Source of the DNA: Thalia democratica
Taxonomy: Eukaryota
Assembly (NCBI GenBank): GCA_965202585.1
Contig: OZ241831.1
Span: 40,114,001-40,178,000 of the forward strand
Direction of reading: 5' to 3'
Length of the DNA stretch: 64,000 nt
Of the stretch, positions 58,490 through 64,000 are shown piece after piece (position 1 is the first letter of the stretch; each line of letters starts with the position of its first letter). The position numbers and the translations under genes are program-made. The notes beneath the pieces are model-generated. The model saw nothing but the letters and a program-made list of their open reading frames with translations. It did no database searches and was not told the origin of the DNA.

Positions 58490-61400
58490 TTGTTAAAATG
58501 TTTAAATAACTTGTTAATTTACTTATTAATTAACGATTTTAATAGCACAACTGTCTAGTAAACTTTTTATTAAAATAAAACCAAACAAATAAATAAGTAA
58601 ATTTTCAAAATTGTGTATAATTAAAATTACACTTTTAGCCGAAATTACTGGTAAAAATTAACGTAAAAATATTTTAGCATATTCCAGTTTTACTTTCTAG
58701 TACGAAGCTGTAACCTATCATTTAAGTATTCAATTGTTTGCTATTAGTATTGCTTATCTCCTTTTATAAGTTAATTTCAAGTTATATATATTACTTTAGT
58801 TTCTAGTCTTACTAAACAAGTTTTTAAGTACATTTAAAAAAATAAAATTCAGTTAATTTTTGTTTAGTTTTCATTTCTTTCATTTCTTTTAATTGATTGT
58901 TTTATTACTAAACATTTAAATAATTGAGTGATAAAAAAAACTATGTGTAATAGTTCGTAAGAAACTTTATAAGCATGTGGTGTACGACACGATAACTGAA
59001 AAGTTTCTTTGTACACCAGGTCCTTAGACCAAAAATTTTGAGCGCTTTTTTTCAATAAACAAGATTAAAGAAATAAGCGTGCCACAGTACTAAACATTTT
59101 CTATACAATTTTTAATACTTGATACAAAAAAAAGAACTGTAAAAATTGTATATTACAATAATCTTTTATTAAAAGTTGTTCTATTAGAAAGTAAATATAA
59201 ATATAGTGATTAGATCTTGTTAGCATTGACAGAAAACAAAGAATTTTTTTATACGCTCATACAAAACGACTGTGTGAAATTTTTTTATAATTTTTTATCT
59301 TAAAAACAATATTATCTTTTACTTTCTTTAACTTTTAAAAAATAAATTAACTCTATTAAAGTTTTCAAAATACTTTAAACTACTTTATACAAATGTTAAA
59401 AAAGTCAATTTAGATATTTTTTTTGTTTAAGGTTTTACAAATAGTTTTATTCGACATTGTTCACTTTTTAAAAATTTTCTCAAAAAAAAGTTCGTAGGTT
59501 ATCGAAATTTAGCCAAAAGACTAAGTTTTTTATAAATCAAACTTTGGTTAAGGTTTTTTTATGCTTATTAACTTTTAGTTGCTTAACTTTAACTTGCATA
59601 AATACTCATACATATGCACTACGTGTTTTTATTTTTAACACGTTTAATCAAGAATTTAAACTTGATAAGGTTGATTGTCTTTTAAACCTATTTTCTCAAG
59701 AAAACAATCTTTATGGCAAAATTAAAAAACAAAAAAAAAACTTTTTTTTGTGTTTGCAGCAAAATCTATAGCGACAAAATACATTAATTTGTATGATTTT
59801 ACAAATAGTTAGCACTTAATTTTTTTTATTATATTAAATTCCAATTTTTTTAGATTTTGAAACTTATAAAGTTTCCTAAAAACGAACGCAGCAACAATTT
59901 AAGCAATCGGAAATATTCAAATGATTATGTAGTTCAGTTCAAAAAGAACTATTTAGCTGAAAACAGAGATGAACTAACATTAGCAAAAACAAACAACATT
60001 TTGAACCCAAAGTTATTTAGTTTGTTTTGTATTGATGCCTTTTAAAACAGGTTTTTGTTTAAAGTCTAAAAAAAAACAATCATTAGAAACATATTTTTAT
60101 GCAACATACTAAAGCTAAAACAATTGAGAGAAAAGTCGATTTCAAAACAACTCAATGTAAAATAAATTTTGTGTTTAAAGCACTTAAACGTTTAACTTTG
60201 CATGCAGTAAGATTATGTCTTTCATAAGGAATAAATCTTTAAAATTAAAATAATTTAACAGATTACCACATCGTTGCATCAACTTAACTACAAACTCAAT
60301 TAAAAGCAAAAATAATTTTGTGACCAGCGTTTCAAACGGATGAACTCAAACATGACTGAATAACTTTGATTAAAAACTGAGGGTGCTCAAGCTTTATATT
60401 GTGTTTGGTTATTAAACAAACATTTTATGGTTTATATTTGGCTGCCTTTTTTACTATTACATTTGATTTATACATAAACTCAATATACTTTAATTTAGTA
60501 AATGTTTTTTGAAAGTAGGTTTAGCTAAAATAAATAAAACGTGATTTAAATGGAGTTTTAAACAATACTTTATATTTTATAAACTTCAGAACGCATGTTT
60601 ATGTAAATTTGTAATAAATTTTTAAGTTAATTGGGCTTTTAAGGTTAGTTATATTTTTTTTGGATAAAAAATTTTTTTAACCGTAGAAATTCTATAAAGT
60701 AAAACAAAAATGTACATCTTATTATTATCATATTTTACTATTTTCAAACAGCTTTAGTTAGTAAAATAAAGCTTAAAAACAATTTTGCTCAAAAAAAGTG
60801 TTTTTATTGTTTTCAAAATTTTATCTAACATTTAAACGTTTAACTAAGATTACTTACTCACTCCTATTTCGTTATTCGATATTTTATGTTGAATTGATAA
60901 ATATATATTTTGGTTTTTTGAATTAAATTTAAATTCAAACTTGTTTTTGATAAAAACAGTTTTTATTTCTAAGATATTTCTACCAACTTTACATAAATGT
61001 AATGTATATATACTTGGTTTTTGTTAATAAACAGATGTTGATATTATAAAATACTTATATAATAATAAATGATCATTAGATAAATGATATAAAAAAATTC
61101 AACCTTTCGTAAAGTTCAAAGGAATAATTCTAAAGGTTAGATTTTAAAATTACGTCCTAAAAACTATTTTACATAGATTGAAATTTTTCACTATATGTTT
61201 TACTTTTTTGAACGATACATTTCTAAAAACAAATAAAACGTGAATAGTACATTTTTATTTCATAACAACAAAATTTCAGAATAACAAGTTAGTTTTTTTG
61301 ATAAGAAAAATCCTGAATGTAAATAAATCGTTTTTAATCTGCTTAATATCAAATGAAAGTTGTCGAGCTTTGTATGAGAAAACCTTTAAATTATAAAGAT

Positions 61401-64000
61401 TTAAGAAGCATAAATAAGACGTAGTTTTCAGGAGTACCTGTCTAATGTAGCTTTATAATTCAATACGTCATTTTGCGTAGGAACATTTAAGTAAAATGAA
61501 AAGTTTAGGAACTATTTATGTTTGGTATGAAAACTGTTTAAAAAGTAGCAATAAAAATTTTTATTAAATTTTATTAAAGTATGTAAATAATTGTAAACGT
61601 TATATTGCTTCTCAAGATTTCTATATATAGTTTAAAAGTTACAAATTAAAATTCTCACCAAATATAATTCTCTTATAGAACCGCACTGAGTTAAATAATA
61701 AATAATTTATATCAATATTTGAGGTGTATGTTAAAAGCATTAGGTTAGTGAATCTTATATAAATGTTATCTTTTCGTCCTTGTGATGTCATTAATTATCT
61801 TGAAATTTAAACTTTTTTGTCAGTTCTACTTAATGGTTCGTTTGACTGGCTATTAGAAAATTTCATTGTACAAAAAAACAGGCTAAAATGCTTTAAGTAT
61901 TGTACTAAAATAATGTAAAAGTATATACATTTCAAATCAATTTATTTATGTTTCGAGGAGACTAAATAAGCAGAATAAAGTTTTTTTTTATTAACATTTA
62001 CTTTTATGATTTTGAAACAAATTTGTAATGTAACAAGTACAACAGACAACGAATAAACCTTATGTTTAACACGTTATTACCTATTTTTATGTTTTTCATC
62101 TTAGAATAAAAAAATTACAACAAAACATAAGTATCTACAATGTTAACAACTACTAAACATAACCATCAATTATTATAATACCTATAGATTGCAAAAAAAA
62201 ATCTAAATAGTTTATATTCATAAAGCGGAGATCAAGTATAACATGTAAATAACTGTTAAATGTTTTAATCAAAACTTATCGGTATAAATACATTCTTTAT
62301 CGTTAATGTAAATAACTAAATTTTCTTTTTAAATAAAACACTGTCATAGAAAATATCAAAAACAAAAGTTTTATTAAAATTAGAAGCTACTGGTTTTCAA
62401 AAGCTTAATAGAACAAAACATGGTTATTGTGAGTCAGATTGTATATTTTTAGTTAATGAAATAAACTTTCATTATTTAGTTACACGAAATAAAAACGTTG
62501 TTTAAGATATAAAAACTTTTTTAAGTTGAAACTACTGTAGCATATCGATTAAAGTTATTTACTAAAAAAAAATTAGTTATAAAAATACGGACACAAGGTA
62601 TTTAAGAACGAAAATTGATTTTGTTTTCCGTTAGTCAGCTAGTAAATATTACAATCGATTTCCTAGATAGATAGATCACTTTCGAGTTGTTAAATTTTTG
62701 TTAAGTAGATTAGTGAAGGTGAAACTAGTGTAGTTCACATTTCTCGTGTTCAAAATTAAGATTGATTTATACTTTTTAGCTGTGTGAACTAAACTTTCAA
62801 GTACAGTAAAAACAAGAAAAAAAAAATTCTAATATTCCAAAACTAAGCGTTAAGTTTTGAGTCTCCTGCAGTAACTTTTGAAGTTTATACAAGTATTGTT
62901 GTAAAGATATGTCTACAGTTAAGTTAGTTTTGTGAGTCAAACTTAAAATTTAATTCAGTTATAATTATTTTAAACCAATATCTTAGTAGAGTCAGATACG
63001 TTTAACTATAAAGGTTGCTTAAAGTAGTAATGTGTAATTAAACACTTAAAAAACAAGTAAATTTGTAAGCAATATGTTCTTGACAAGACGTTAAAAGGTA
63101 TCCGTGGTATACGACTTGACAACCGAAAAAATAATCAACAAGTTTACAGTTGACAAAGTAAACAATATTTAAACACAAAAAAAAATTTTAAGTTCAGTCT
63201 ACTTGAAATAAGTATAAATAAATTACAGATGAAAAATAAGTTCACACATTTTAAATAAGCAAAACAAAGTTTATTGAAAAAAATTGTATTTAATTTAAAC
63301 TTTTACTAAATTTATTAAAAAACATAGATCAAATTTGCTTAATATAAAAGTTTACCCTATCAAACTTAAACCATTTTTTTTTCATTATCTTCGAAAAATT
63401 GATTTTATCAAACTTTTAAAATAAACATAATTAGTAATACTATGTACGAAACCATATTACGACTTATACATATAATTCTAGTAAAACAAACAAAATAAAA
63501 ATTCTTGAATAAATACGTTTTTATAAAATTAATGTTGTATATTAGATTCATTTGATTGAAGTTATAAACCATGACCTGAAACAGCCAATGAGTATTGGTG
63601 CGACAACTAAAAATATATACTTTTTAAAAGTTAAAAGTCACAAAACACCAGATATAATCATTAAGACAGTTTGCATTGTAACCATTCCAAATATATATAG
63701 CAAAATTACATTAATACAATAATGTTTCCTAGTAAAAATTAACTTCTCATTATAAAACTCTTTTGAATTTGTTAAGCTTTAAAAACAGTCTATTTTAAGT
63801 TGTTTAAAAATATATATGTTGTTACAACTGCTTTTGTTATTTATTAAAAAGAAAATACGACGTTAAAATTACATATTTAAATCAGATATAGTTATTTAAC
63901 ATTTTTATTTTTTATATAAATATTTATATTAAAGCTTTCGCGCTAATAGTTTAAAGTTAAATGTACCCTATTGAATAAGTCAAAAAAGTTTGTATTTTTG

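Noticed and set aside
58977-59045. Three-copy element as an HDV-like ribozyme
   Set aside because: A P1-like stem followed by GG is present, but there is no P2 partner, no L3 CC and no proper J4/2.

Overview
Very AT-rich, intron-rich eukaryotic (metazoan) DNA. An ascidian/tunicate origin is my guess from the orphan 7TM motif pattern and is not verified. No rRNA, tRNA or CRISPR array was found. Hand-spliced gene models: (1) a minus-strand gene running off the left edge whose first coding exon is a kinase C-lobe with no N-lobe (probable pseudokinase), followed by a basic exon and an unrecognised domain, with a decayed paralog at ~3.8-4.2 kb; (2) an intronless orphan 7TM receptor (10658-11683); (3) a complete 20-exon lipin/phosphatidate phosphatase gene (20987-40032, 841 aa, all splice phases consistent, DIDGT motif intact); (4) an 8-exon class A peptide-receptor-like GPCR (55328-58489). 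The most notable accessory feature is at 15.58-17.23 kb: a 5'-truncated Penelope-like retroelement fragment (frameshifted GIY-YIG endonuclease) flanked by two inverted copies of its own 3' end. Each of the three copies carries a type I hammerhead-ribozyme-like motif, in two versions with unrelated stem II sequences. Also present: Mutator-, Tc1/pogo- and hAT-type MITEs, a 1.7-kb tandem duplication, a three-copy double-hairpin element, transcription-factor motif clusters in lipin introns, a non-standard GTTNGT donor bias, and extreme exon-to-exon GC3 contrast.
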